Below are positions 50,001 to 62,400 of a DNA stretch of 64,000 bases, one piece after another. The position numbers and the translations under genes were made by a program. Each line of letters starts with the position of its first letter. Positions within the stretch are counted from its first letter, which is position 1. Location of the stretch: NCBI GenBank assembly GCA_051362555.1, contig CM120643.1, forward strand, positions 12,994,644 to 13,058,643, written 5' to 3'. Under the pieces are notes generated by a model. That model was not told the DNA's origin. It searched no databases and saw only the letters and a program-made list of their open reading frames with translations. Source of the stretch: Lingula anatina (lineage: Eukaryota > Animalia > Brachiopoda).

Positions 50001-53000
50001 TATGACAGATCCACCTAAACAGGTAATCAGATGTGATCAAGTCTGTCAGAGTGAACAGACCAAACAGTCAACAGGTAAATCAAATATCTGGATCTATCAT
50101 AAATGAAAACTTTCTGACCATTGAAATGGCCAGGTTTTTTTTTAGTTGAAGGGTATATATGAAAATGAGATCACCTTTAGCTGGAATGAAGTATTATGGG
50201 AAAACAGTCATTTTGATCTGAGATCATAATTTGATTGTCACAGAAATGGTGATTATGTACAATATAAAAGGAATTTAATATTAATAATAGACAAAATTAA
50301 GAATAACACTATTATTAACACAAAAGGTTGTGTACAAACTATAACAGCATTGTTTCTATTCTTGGAACAAATTTCAACATATTTGCCAGGATTAGGTCTC
50401 GTTCTGAAAATTCTGATTATTTAACTGGAGTTAACTACAGAAGTGATCTACAGTTTTTTCTTTCTCTAAATAATGAGGGGAAAAAACCCTGCAACCTTAG
50501 CGCATGCAATTCAGTTCACCAACATAAATAAACAGTCTCCATAAATGTGCATCCAATCTACCAGACGATACATAAATAAAACAAAACAACAACTCCATCA
50601 TCAACAGATGTCATCCATTTTCATTTCTTTCAAAACTTACAAAGAAACTTACATCAGTAATTTCTCTCTTTCTGTCGTCAATGTTAAATATAGCTTGGTA
50701 ATGTTTCTTGTTAAAGGTGTAGTAGCCTAGATGTATTAAGCAATCAGCTTTTTCCAGTCCCGTCTTCACCCGGGGCTAGTGATATCTAAGCACACGTGGT
50801 AACTTAATGGGTAGCAGTAAAGTAATTGAAAATGCGTGTTTTCACACGATGATTTGATAAGGGTAACACATACATTTTTTTGTTCGTGCTATGAAAAACT
50901 CTGCCTGTTAATATCCAAGTCCCACATTTCACTCTTGAATAATGAAAACTAAACATCTTTTCACCTAAAAATCTCTCTTCAGTTTAATTTCAACTTCTAA
51001 ATCTTTTTCAAATTTTAAACTATGCTGTTCATTTTCATAAATCTTCCAGTATATTTTTGCCCAGATTTTATATCTGGATACCCTTTATCTTTAGCTAAAC
51101 AAAACTGAATTTCTAATTTATAGACATTCTTTATGCAAGAACCTACATGAAGAAACCCCCCCAAGTTTTGGAAACTCATCTCTCTACTAGCCGCATGTCT
51201 TTACTGTGTCCAGTATACAAAGAGGTCAGCTGATAGTAAGACCCCATTCCCATACCTAGATCGATCTAGCAGGATCGACTTATCTCCAAGGAGTTTCCTG
51301 CTAAATTGCCTGCAGCTCAAGCGGCCCTGATGTCTAGCACGTCTACTTCAGTAATTAACTATCGTTTAACAGCTTCAGTAGGCGTGCCAGACATCAGAGC
51401 TCCTTGAGCTGAGTGCAATTTAGCAAGCAACCCCTCAGAGTTGGGTCAATCTTGCTAGATCAAACTAGGTATGGGAATGGGTTCTAAGAACATCTGAACC
51501 GCAGGGCATAAGAAAAAAACCTGCTGAAGAGAATAATCAGTAGATTTAGGTAATGGCATATTAAAAACACCCATTAGGCCTTCAGTGACAAACTAGCAAA
51601 CTAATACACTAATGTGGATAAAGGCATCATATTCATATTTGAAATGCATGGTTGTGTGTTAAAGTGGCCCTCTAATCCCATTAATGCTATGCTGTCCATT
51701 ATGATTTGTCACCTGCAGTTTTCATGATTGTCTCCTGTCACCAGATAGGGTTGACGAGATCTGCTACAGGCCTGGTGTCCACTGATAGACACCTGGTCTG
51801 CTGCGATAAAACTATGATCCGTCAATCAAAATGCTTCGAGAGCACAGGCAGTCCAATGAAGAATTTCTTTTCAAAATTACTGGTTTCCATAGGACCATTT
51901 TAATTTCTCGATTTTTAGCTGAAAAATATACTGATAACAATACTGGTAGTGTGAAAAAATTGAAAAAAAAAGTTATTATCAGTCATAAAATGAATCTTTC
52001 CATCTGCAGTTTAGGCTTTGTCAACCCATCTGCCCATGGTAGTTTGTTTGTGACCCACTAGATGGCAGCAGCCTCACCAGGTGATTTAAAATTGGTTAAA
52101 AAACCTACAGGACTATTGGCCTCACTCTCTCTCAAAATGAAGGAAAACTTGTAGATGGCAGGTCAGACTGGTAAGTCTTTGGCCTTATGTTTACAAAAAA
52201 TACAGTTATACAGATGGTTATACTTGATCAAACATAATACTAGTATATCTATTTCATGAAGCACCAAGTTATAATTTCCATCTATAGTGCACTCATCAGT
52301 CATTCCCTAACACAGCTAATCTTCTCCACTTTCATTAGCTCTTTGAGAAACATTCTCTACATAATATTGTTATGTCAAAGATAATGGCATTTGCCATCAA
52401 CTAAAACAGAGAATTTCTCGTTTTTGAGCCAAGAAATGAAATAGCTTCTTGGCAAGGTAATGTTTTAACAAGACATCAATTTTCTTTTTACTTCAGAGGT
52501 TTTCTATGAAACTGAGAATTTTTGCCAAGATGGAGTTAATAAGCCTATCACGGTCCTTTTGATAGATGTGACTGACATTTAACAACTGATTTTTGTACTT
52601 TAATTTAGATTCAGAACAATCATCATGCTTTATAATTTTTTCCACTTATCAGAAACCATGTTCCATTCCCCTTTGTGATCCACATTCAGTTTTTATAATT
52701 CACCTTCATTTGATAAAAAAATTTACCTCTTTGCTCAAATTGCTTATGCCAAAAAATCTGTGATAAACCCTTTTTTGCAAACACTACCATAGTGATTGAG
52801 TGGAGAATCCCTTTAATGACATAATATTCTGTAAGTGCCCCATTGTGCATGATGAAGCCAAAATATTCCTGGGAAAATCCAGGGAATGGAAAAGAACATC
52901 ATGCAAAATCAGTGATAAACTTCACCATGCAGATTGCATAAGCTGGACTGAATTTCTTGAAATTCTGTCGCTGAAATGACATAATTAGAAGACCTCCTAC

Positions 53001-56000
53001 TGCCACACGGTGAAAATTGTGGCAAGTTTTCAGAAAATTAAGAATAATTCAGACACAACTTCCACACCTAGACATTATCGTTGTCTGTAAACACTGCAGG
53101 GAAAGACGGGAGGAATTTTTATCCGTCTGCTAAATGACATAATATCGCATTACCACATGTGTGGAATTAAAAAAAAATCAAGGCAAGTTTTCTGGAAGTT
53201 GAGAATAATTCCAACAAGGCATTGAAAACAGAGGGTTGCTGCACTGTACAAACTATACAGGAGGGGGGATTCCTGCTGCCTGCTGCCACATATTAACCTA
53301 CAGGCAGCTAAATCCAAAGGACTTATTGAAGAAGTTTTTAACACAGTGGAGCTTGCGTCCAAAAATTGGTTTTCACTAAGACAGCTAAAACAAGGCAGCA
53401 AGCTGTCAAGCAATTAAAGAGCTTCCCCTGCCATTATGACTAAAATATAATTAATAATAATCTGTATGTCAATCATTCTTGTAAGTTGCAAAAAATAAGT
53501 AACAGTTTTCCATTTGTAGTGGCAGTACACAAAATATTTTTTATCAATTTTGACGCAATGTAACATGATGCTTAACAGCTCATAATCACCATCAATTATA
53601 AAATATGCACTGCAGGTAACATAAATATTTTAAAAAAGTAACTGGCAAAGGTCTATAGGCTCATGGAAATTCAAAGTCATACCTTAAAGATGCATACAAA
53701 GTCCATTTTTTGCCACAAAAGCCAACCAAATGCCAGCATATAGTTTCAAGTAGTATAACTAAGAGAATTACTTAAAGGCATTGTATAATTTTACCTAAAA
53801 ATGATGTTTGAACAGATTTTTCTGCTAGCATTCTATGCTGTATGTCAATGGGCAGAAAAGTAGGTCATGAAAGTAGGTTAAATTTTTCACCAAAAATTTA
53901 AAGAAAGAAGCAGTCTAAAGCTCTTTTACAGCTGATCGAGGGATCTATTCAGTTTATCCTTTTGCATGTCGAATTTATTTGACTCGTATAAGAAACAAGT
54001 AGAAGTGGTTTATATGTGTTAATGGGAATCCACGCTCCACCGTTGTCAGTTCGTATGTATCTTTAAAGATGCCAAGTACTGAAATGTGTTATTTTCATTT
54101 TCAATACTTTTTACATAATACACAATGACCAATTTACTTTATTTTTTAAATGATCAACTTGAGGAAAACTTTTGGAAAAAATGGTCCAATCAGGCCGATT
54201 TTCGAACTTGACATGTATTTTATGAATATTCATCAGTTCTGTAAGTTTAAAGACAAAAGGTAGAAAGGTTTTCATTTTATTTGTATAACACTGAAAGTGC
54301 ACGACAATTATGCCAACGACGATGCCGACAGACACAGGCAATGGCAGTATGTACAGACACAGATGTGTCTGTACAGAGAGCATAAGCCACCCCAAGGCAG
54401 CTCAATTCTAATTATAAAGTAAACTGATTAATTAACTAATCACCATCAAAATCCAATCGCTTCTATGTTTGCAAATTCTTGGCTTTTCCAGACAGTTTTA
54501 TCAAAAATTTTGATTTGGGCTGTTACCTCATGATCAACAGAAGCTGCAGCATTTGGGGAAGAGGTGCCGTGTCAAAAATTCTCACAGCCATCCTGATGCA
54601 TTCACTGTTCCACTCATTTCATTTTAATTCAAATGTGACTTTTTCTGTTTTCATAAGATCATTATGCATTGCTGAAAAACAGACAACTACAATTTTTCAT
54701 TAATTTCTTCTCAATTCAAAATGTTACTTTTCCTGTTTTCATAAGATCATTAAGTTTTTTTACGTACTTTCAAATTTGGCAGCTCATCTGGCATTGTATA
54801 CTTCCCGCATTGCTGAAAAACAGACAACTACAACTTTCCACTAATTTCATCTCAATTCAAATGTGACTTTTTTCTGTTTTTATAAGATCATTAAGCTTTT
54901 TGCACGCGCTTTCGAATTTGGCAGTGCATCTGGCATTGTGAACGGCCTGCATTTCTGAAAAACAGACAACTACATCAATTCAGAATGTGCAACTTCAAAT
55001 GTGTTACAACCAGGCTATTAATTACTCCGTCAGGTATATATATATATATATATATAAGTTTGTTGTGACCAATTTTCTGCGTGTTTTGACTAACACAATC
55101 CTATGACCATGATGCACTTGGCTGTGAGACTGGTAATGTTGCTGTTTGTTGCAGTATGTATCATGCAGTTGGTGGACAGCAGGACCTGCACAAATTGCGA
55201 GAATGGACTGACAGGTAAATATAGAAACTCACAACATTGTCAAAAACATTTTATTTGATTTTAGAATATTGTTTTCACAAGGAAAACTTATTTGATTGTA
55301 AAATAGTTAAAACAGCAGATGTGATAAGAATTGCTTGTACCATTAATTAGCTAGTTCTAATTATTAAAAAAATTATTAAAAAATTTAATTGTTTTGATAC
55401 AATAATACATTGGCCATAACACCATATTTTAATTCAATGCACAACAGGTAACAACGCTGTTAGAAATATGTAACTAGCACAAGACCTAAGTCCCACGAGA
55501 GGCCAAATTCACACATTGAAAATGCCAGAATGAGTAAAAAGGAAAATTTCATGCACACACACACAATAATATATATAACATAAATTCAATACAATAATAA
55601 TCCATTCAAGCTGCTTTTCTAAATTTGAGCAAGAATCATTCTTACAAGTTTCAAAATAATCAGTAACACAGTTTTCATTTCATAGTTTTTGTGGTGACAG
55701 TGCACAAAATTTTTTGGGTCAGTTTTGATGCAACATTACACATTGATTAACAGCATAATCACCACCAATTTTTAATTATCTACTGTACCTAACAAGGACA
55801 TTTAGAAAATATTACTACCATATGGTTTGACATCTGTGGGAGTTTTTAGTCCCACGATGAAAATGCCAATAAGTGAAAAATAAACATTTTGCAAAGAACT
55901 GGAATGCAATAAGACTGGTTTTCCAACTCAAGCTGTATTTCAGATCTATAAATCTTTTACTGCAAGTCTGAATCAAATGGTTTTCTTTTAAATTTCATTA

Positions 56001-57026
56001 TGGTATCAGTGCCTAAAATAGGGATTTCTTCAACTTAGAGGCAATGTAACATATATAAATCACCACCAACTTTCCTATAGAATATGTATCATGGATACTC
56101 ATACCTTTTTTTCTATGCAGCCTCTCATATTATTTTTTTACTATACTTACAGTTAGCAGTACTTCTAGCAGTGACTGTAACACCGTTCTTAGCCCCTGTC
56201 ATGATAACAACATAGGAGACAAATGCTGGAGCCAAGGGCGTGTGTGTTTGTATGTACTCACTTCCATTTTTCTTTTATATTCTGTTCAGTTAATTATTTT
56301 TCTTAATGTATAATTTCAGTAATTATCTAACTTCATTGGTTTGTCTGTTTATCATGGGAAATTCCTATAGCAATCTTCCTATTTTTTTTTTTTTCGTGGA
56401 TAACGTCAACTCAGACAAAGTCTTTAGTGTCCCTTTAATGTGGGGCATATTTACTAAAGTTGGCGAGAATTCTTTCAACTTATGATAGTGGTATCACCCA
56501 TGATTTTTCAACCCTGTGAATATCAAATGAAGTTAGGTCAATAAATTTCCAAATGAAGTCTGACTCAGTTTTCCAATGGTGGTTATTTTTAAAAATCTCA
56601 ATAGCTTTTAAGCAATTTTTCAGTTTCTGTGATAAGTTCCTTCACATTTTTAATCATATTTCAGGGTTGGATGTGATTGCAAGGCCATCTGCGCCTTTGT
56701 GGATATGATTTCACCAAACGATGCCTATCCCTGTTCTGTCCCGAAAGTTTAGATTAAAGATCATATGCCAGTTATAACTTGGCCTCTGAGGTGCGAGGGA
56801 GGAATTCCAGTACTGCACGATTGACACTCCGTAATCAATTATCACCAGTAAAATTATCAAATTTATTTAATTGGCTTATAAATGAAAAATGGAAATGATA
56901 TGTAAAGGCTACGTTAATGGCCCTTATTGGTACTTTATCTCAGATTCTTCTTTAACTGCTTTGCTGAATTTTGAATTTTTGGATTAAATTTAGAGCAACC
57001 GAAATAAAATTCTGAACATATTCCGT

Positions 57027-57061
<35 letters not shown>

Positions 57062-59399
57062 ATAATTATTGAAAGAGACAATAAAAGGGGTGAAATTTGG
57101 AGGGCAATGCATTTTTAAGAAAAAAAAAGTTAATTGGAATTTGCCTTTTGTTCTTTGAAAACCATGTGTGAACTTAGTAAGCTTTTGCAGTATAAACTTA
57201 AGGATATGTCAAATTCCAAATATAAAGAAATTATTGAAGAATTATTGAACAATTTTCATGTCTTCAGAGGTTACTTTTGAGACAATTCTGTGATGATCAT
57301 GTCTTGTAATCAGAGATTAAAATGGACTTTATACAGAAAATTCTGAAAAAGTACATTTCTAAGCCACACGACTATATTTGATGTGTGTCTGTGTGTGTGT
57401 GTGAATGTGTGTGTGTGTGTGTGTGTGGGGTGGGGGTGGGGGGTCAGGATCATGTTTCCCTGGCAAATATCTCTATAAATTTTCACAAACACCTGACTTC
57501 CCATATTAATCTAGAAGACCTCCATTTCTGTGTAGAAGTACAACAAATTTACATACACGGCATCTGTAGAAAAAATTAATTCATCATCTCATTTTTTATA
57601 TAAGTTATTAAAATTAATTAACATGAATTGGTCTAACCTACAATTTTCTGCAACATCAAATTTATATTTTTAAAAGAAAGGGTATCAAAATTATGCATAC
57701 AGGACAATCTGGTAATTTATGATAATCAATACTCGGTCAAATTTGGTATCATTAACATAAATTCAAGAAAAAAAATAAATAACCCAATCAAGATGTTCTT
57801 CCAATTTGAGCTGTATGTCAATCCTTAAATTTTGTTGTGGAGAATCCCTTTTAATGACATTATATTCTCCGAGCGCCTCATCATGATGAAGGCAAAATAC
57901 ACGGGAAAAATCCAGGGAATGGAAAGGGGTATAATCAATACATTGTTATCATGCAAAATTCATGATAAACATCACCATGAAGATTGCATAAGCTGGACAG
58001 AATTTCCTGGTGTCTGTCGCTGAAATGACATAATTATAATACCTCCTACAACCAGATGGAATGAATGTTGTGAAAATCGTTGCAAATTTTCAGGAAATTA
58101 AGAATAATTCAGACACGATATCCACACCTAGAAATTACCTCTGTCTGTAAACAAAGCAGGAAAAAGGGGATTTTTATGTCTGCAGAATGACATAATATTG
58201 TATTACCACATGTGCAGAATTGTTGAAAAAAAATCAAGGCAAGTTTTCTGGAAGTTGAGAATAATTCCAACAAGGCATTGAAAACAGAGGGTTGCTGCAC
58301 TGTACAAACTATACAGGAGGGGGGATTCCTGCTGCCTGCTGCCACATATTAACCTACAGGCAGCTACATCCAAAGGACTTATTATAGAAGTTTTTAACAC
58401 GGTGGATCTACTGCCCACTGTCCAGTCTAGTGGTTTTACCTCATAATCACCTATGATTTTCATTAATTTTTTTATTGAAAAAAGCAGACTTAGGGTGCAT
58501 TCCTATAAACACCACAGAGCGACCCAACTCCCATTAAACTGCCTCCATGTGACATTAAGTAAAAATACAGAAAACTGGCGGTTAAATGAATACCTTGGAA
58601 ACAAAAGGGAGCTTGTCATTCAATAACGCTGACTGGACTTAGCGAGAGTCCCATCAGAATACATGAGACAGATGGTGTCTTCATGGGACTGGGATCTTAC
58701 CAAAATAACTGTAAATATCTTTGAAAAGATCCTTTTTTAGTAAAATGAAAACACTACTTTGTGGTCAGCGAATAAAGGAGGACATCTTTAGTAGGAAACA
58801 GTACATACAAGAAATGAGGTCCATTCATGTTGGTTGAGGGAACACTGGTCACTGTAGGTTCAGGGCTAAAACCTACAAGTTAGGGCTGATAACTGCATTA
58901 AATCTCAATCTTGAGCAGACCAAAATTCTTTAAAATTACTCGGCTTTCAGGGCCAGACAGACACAGGCACTGAAATAAAGGCCAAGTGGGGCAGGGTGAC
59001 CTCTCTCCTTCGTTTCTGCGATAAAATTACCTAGAGAATTCCTCGGCGCTTGTAAACTTGCCGCAGACACTAATAGTGTTATACGTGTGGAACAGTACCA
59101 TGTTTTGACTGCATGCCGAAGAGCTCTTTAAACAAATCACTCCATTTGTATCTAATCACAGAACAACTTCACTGTAAACTCCATCCAAGCAGCAAGGCTC
59201 AGTTTAGAATGTTATAGACAAGTCAACTGGCATTCATGAATAGTCAATCAATTTCAAAGTCTTCCTGAAGTCTGATGGAACTCGCATATTAAAGCTCTCA
59301 CAGAATTGATCAAAATGCAGAAGCTGGCTTATCTGCAGCAACTGCTTTCTAGCATGTAAAGAAAAAGAAATTTTACATTCTTTTGAAGGTGGTGGTGGT

Positions 59400-59434
<35 letters not shown>

Positions 59435-62400
59435 GAGTGGAGCTATCAAATAATTCTTGTCCGCCACTTGGATTCTAGAATTTTAACAAAATATTCTGGA
59501 TACCGCCAGCACCTGCGTTCATGTCTATGTGCTACTGCAGTGAAGCAGATACAGTTGTGGCACTGCTAAATAGCTAAATATTTCCCAAAGCACGTACAGA
59601 ATGACTGTTTTTGGCTAGTATTTCAAATAACCAAATGCCATTATTTACAAGAATTATTCCATTATGACCGAAAAACCACAAATTAAACATGACAGTGGAT
59701 GCAGTTTAAGTGGGCAAATGCAATGCTAATAAAATAAGGTGCATCCTGTATCTGCAATTGATATTTCAGTAGGTTTCTTGTATTGTCCAAAAACAACGCT
59801 GAACTGTCCAAGGTGGCAATGGCAATATCCGGTAATGTATCAGAAGTTTCAAACACCAAAATCATTCCAATATCTGAATAATTTCATTCTGACTTAATAT
59901 TTATACAAATATTATACACATTTCTATTTCCTTGCAACTTTCTTTATAGAAGTTTCAAATATAGATCATTTTTTGTCATGCTTACAAAACATTGTTTTAA
60001 GAAGTACAAAAATGTAGAACAATTACTGCAATCACCTTACTTCCACTGCAGTAAGTGCCCACCAAGAGAATTAATGTCTAATAAAGGCAATGGAATAAAA
60101 CCCATTAATACACCACAGAACAGCCAAACAAGCCTGTAGTAATCCTGCACAATGGCACTAAAAAGACAAGGTTTTTACACATGAAATTGTGAAAATACCA
60201 ATGAAAATGTTTATGTCCCTGTCTGTTTATGTCCAAGCGACGCCATCATCAATGGCAATAGCAAGTAGAATGCAACCAAGTTTTTGGTAAAACAAGTTGC
60301 TGCTCAGAAATTAAACAGGCATGACACGTAGAGAAAACAGACTAGATGTGACCTGTCAAGATCAGATATGAACAAGTAACCAGTACATACAGAAAAAAAA
60401 AAAAACACCCTACTCCAGAAAAAATTTTTACTCCCCTCCCCCCCCCCAAAAAAAAAAAACCTCCCTGTCACTCCTGCCTATATGTAACTGTCTGTCTGTC
60501 TGTCATTATCATCAGATGTGTTTACCTTAATGCCAGTTTCTAACCCCTCAGTAAATCTGTCACTCTGTCCCATAAAGAACAATAACCCCAGGCACATATC
60601 ATGTCCCCCCTGGGTCACTGTCAGTCAGACTGTCCTTCATGTGGTCTTCCTTGCAGTAATGTTGCCATTCAAGCCCATACAACTTGCTTTCCAATAGCCC
60701 CAGATGGCAATCAATCTTGGCCTTGTTGGGTTTTACAAGCGGAATGGTTTTTTCTGTATAATCACCCAAACTTTTCATTAAAACATCAATCAAGTATCAG
60801 AGACAGCGTGAACCATTGGGCTTAGATGAAGGGCGAAATACTGCTGTAAGGTGACCCGTATCTCATATCAGTGTAGTTCTTATGATCTCCTTTGTCAGTT
60901 TTGAATAAGCTGACTAAACGATGTCATATGCTGCTTCAGTACAGGCACTATTTAAAACATTGTTAGGAGATGCACAAAGTACTTTATGGAGGCTAGAGGA
61001 ACAAAACATCCATTTTAACAAAGATTTATTGGAAAAACCCGGACCACAGATATTACATTTGGGAGAACGAAATTACAAATAACATTTCTTTTTTTGGTGT
61101 GGTTCTTATTTTTGTCAGAGTCATGTTTAAAAATATTTTATCACTGAATATTGTCTTCTACATTTGACAAAAATAAGATTTTGCCACATTAATTTTTAAA
61201 ATAAAAAAAAATTCCTAAAAATATTGCTGTTAAGAATACACAGTGAATATACTGACTAATCTTAAACTTACCAACATTCACCTCTTTCACATGTGCAGCA
61301 GCAGCATGCGCCCCTTGCACAACCGTTTGCGACCACTGTGACAGGTCCCGCTGCGACTCCACGCGAAACATGTGCGCCTCCACTCCCTGCTTAGACCCCG
61401 TCCTGGTACCAAATGTAAGAATTGCGTTGCCACCAAGCGGAGATATCTGTTTCCCAGAATGGACCAACCTGGTACACATAAATAAATAAATAAATAATTA
61501 ACAGCATATAAATCCCCATCCCCATTTGACCTAATATTGGAATAAAAAAAATACTGACTGAATAAACTGTAGTATATATGCATTGTCTTTTCATATAAAA
61601 GAAGAGTTAAGAAATCCTCTAATATTTCAGTGTCAATGAAATTTCAGCAGAGGAAAGGCAAAGGACAGGAGGACAAAATGAGAGAAAAGACATCTACAAC
61701 AGTATTCTTGGCCCATTTCACAAAATAACTAGGTCTAAAAAGAGCAACATGAGCCTCGGTTCTCAGAACAAGCACTTAAACATCTATGGGTGCTTTCCCA
61801 GAGATTTAGAGTGATCTAAAGATTAAGATTTAGATCGACCTAACTCCCTGGGGGTTCAGGCTAAATTGCAGTCAGCTGAGCTGGCACCATAGTTAATTAC
61901 CCCCTCACAGCTTTTAGTAGGCAGGACAGACGCTTAAGCCGGCCAAGCTGACAGCAATCTAGTGAGACTCCCAACAGGGATAGATCGATCTAAAAATCTA
62001 TGGAAATGGGGTGTATCATGGGACAAAACACTTTATCAATATTGGGGGGTCTGAGGATGCTGTAGGTCCAATCAGATGTGAGATAATTACACCTTTGTAT
62101 GTCACATAACGTGGACAACAAGTTGTTGCATGGACTCAGCACATAGCTGGCGAAACAATAGGACTGTGCTTATATTTGTAATGTAACAATATTCTAATGA
62201 CCTAATTTCACTCTTGTATGATATCACATACAGTGGATAACTCACGATGTAACTAAAGTAAACCTGTTTAAAGTCATAATAACTCTTCATTTCGGCCAAA
62301 AATTGGATTTTCCTGGAGTAAACGGCAATTTTCCCGTAGTTATCAATGGTCAGCGACCCCATTCCTGCATTCAAAGTTAATCCAGGGTTTTTTTCCTAAA

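Noticed and set aside
51706-51903. Possible paralogue exon of the cysteine-rich peptide ([20 protein letters not shown])
   Set aside because: Resemblance is weak, the frame stops immediately, and I found no matching signal-peptide exon.
53150-58463. Two similar minus-strand ORFs (…[22 protein letters not shown]…) suggesting duplicated genes
   Set aside because: Explained by the non-coding direct repeat; their starts and flanking frames differ and there is no splice or domain support.
36128-59433. Long poly-G runs (e.g. 36128, 42005, 43903, 44066, 59400) and microsatellites ((TTTG)n 33723, (CATA)n 48667, (TC)n 57028, (GT)n 57384)
   Set aside because: Ordinary simple repeats; the poly-Pro/Gly ORFs over them are artefacts and their lengths may be sequencing error.
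58593-61070. Stop-codon recoding (selenocysteine or readthrough) to explain in-frame TGA codons
   Set aside because: TAA and TAG stops and apparent frameshifts also occur, and neighbouring genes use the standard code; decay or chance is simpler.
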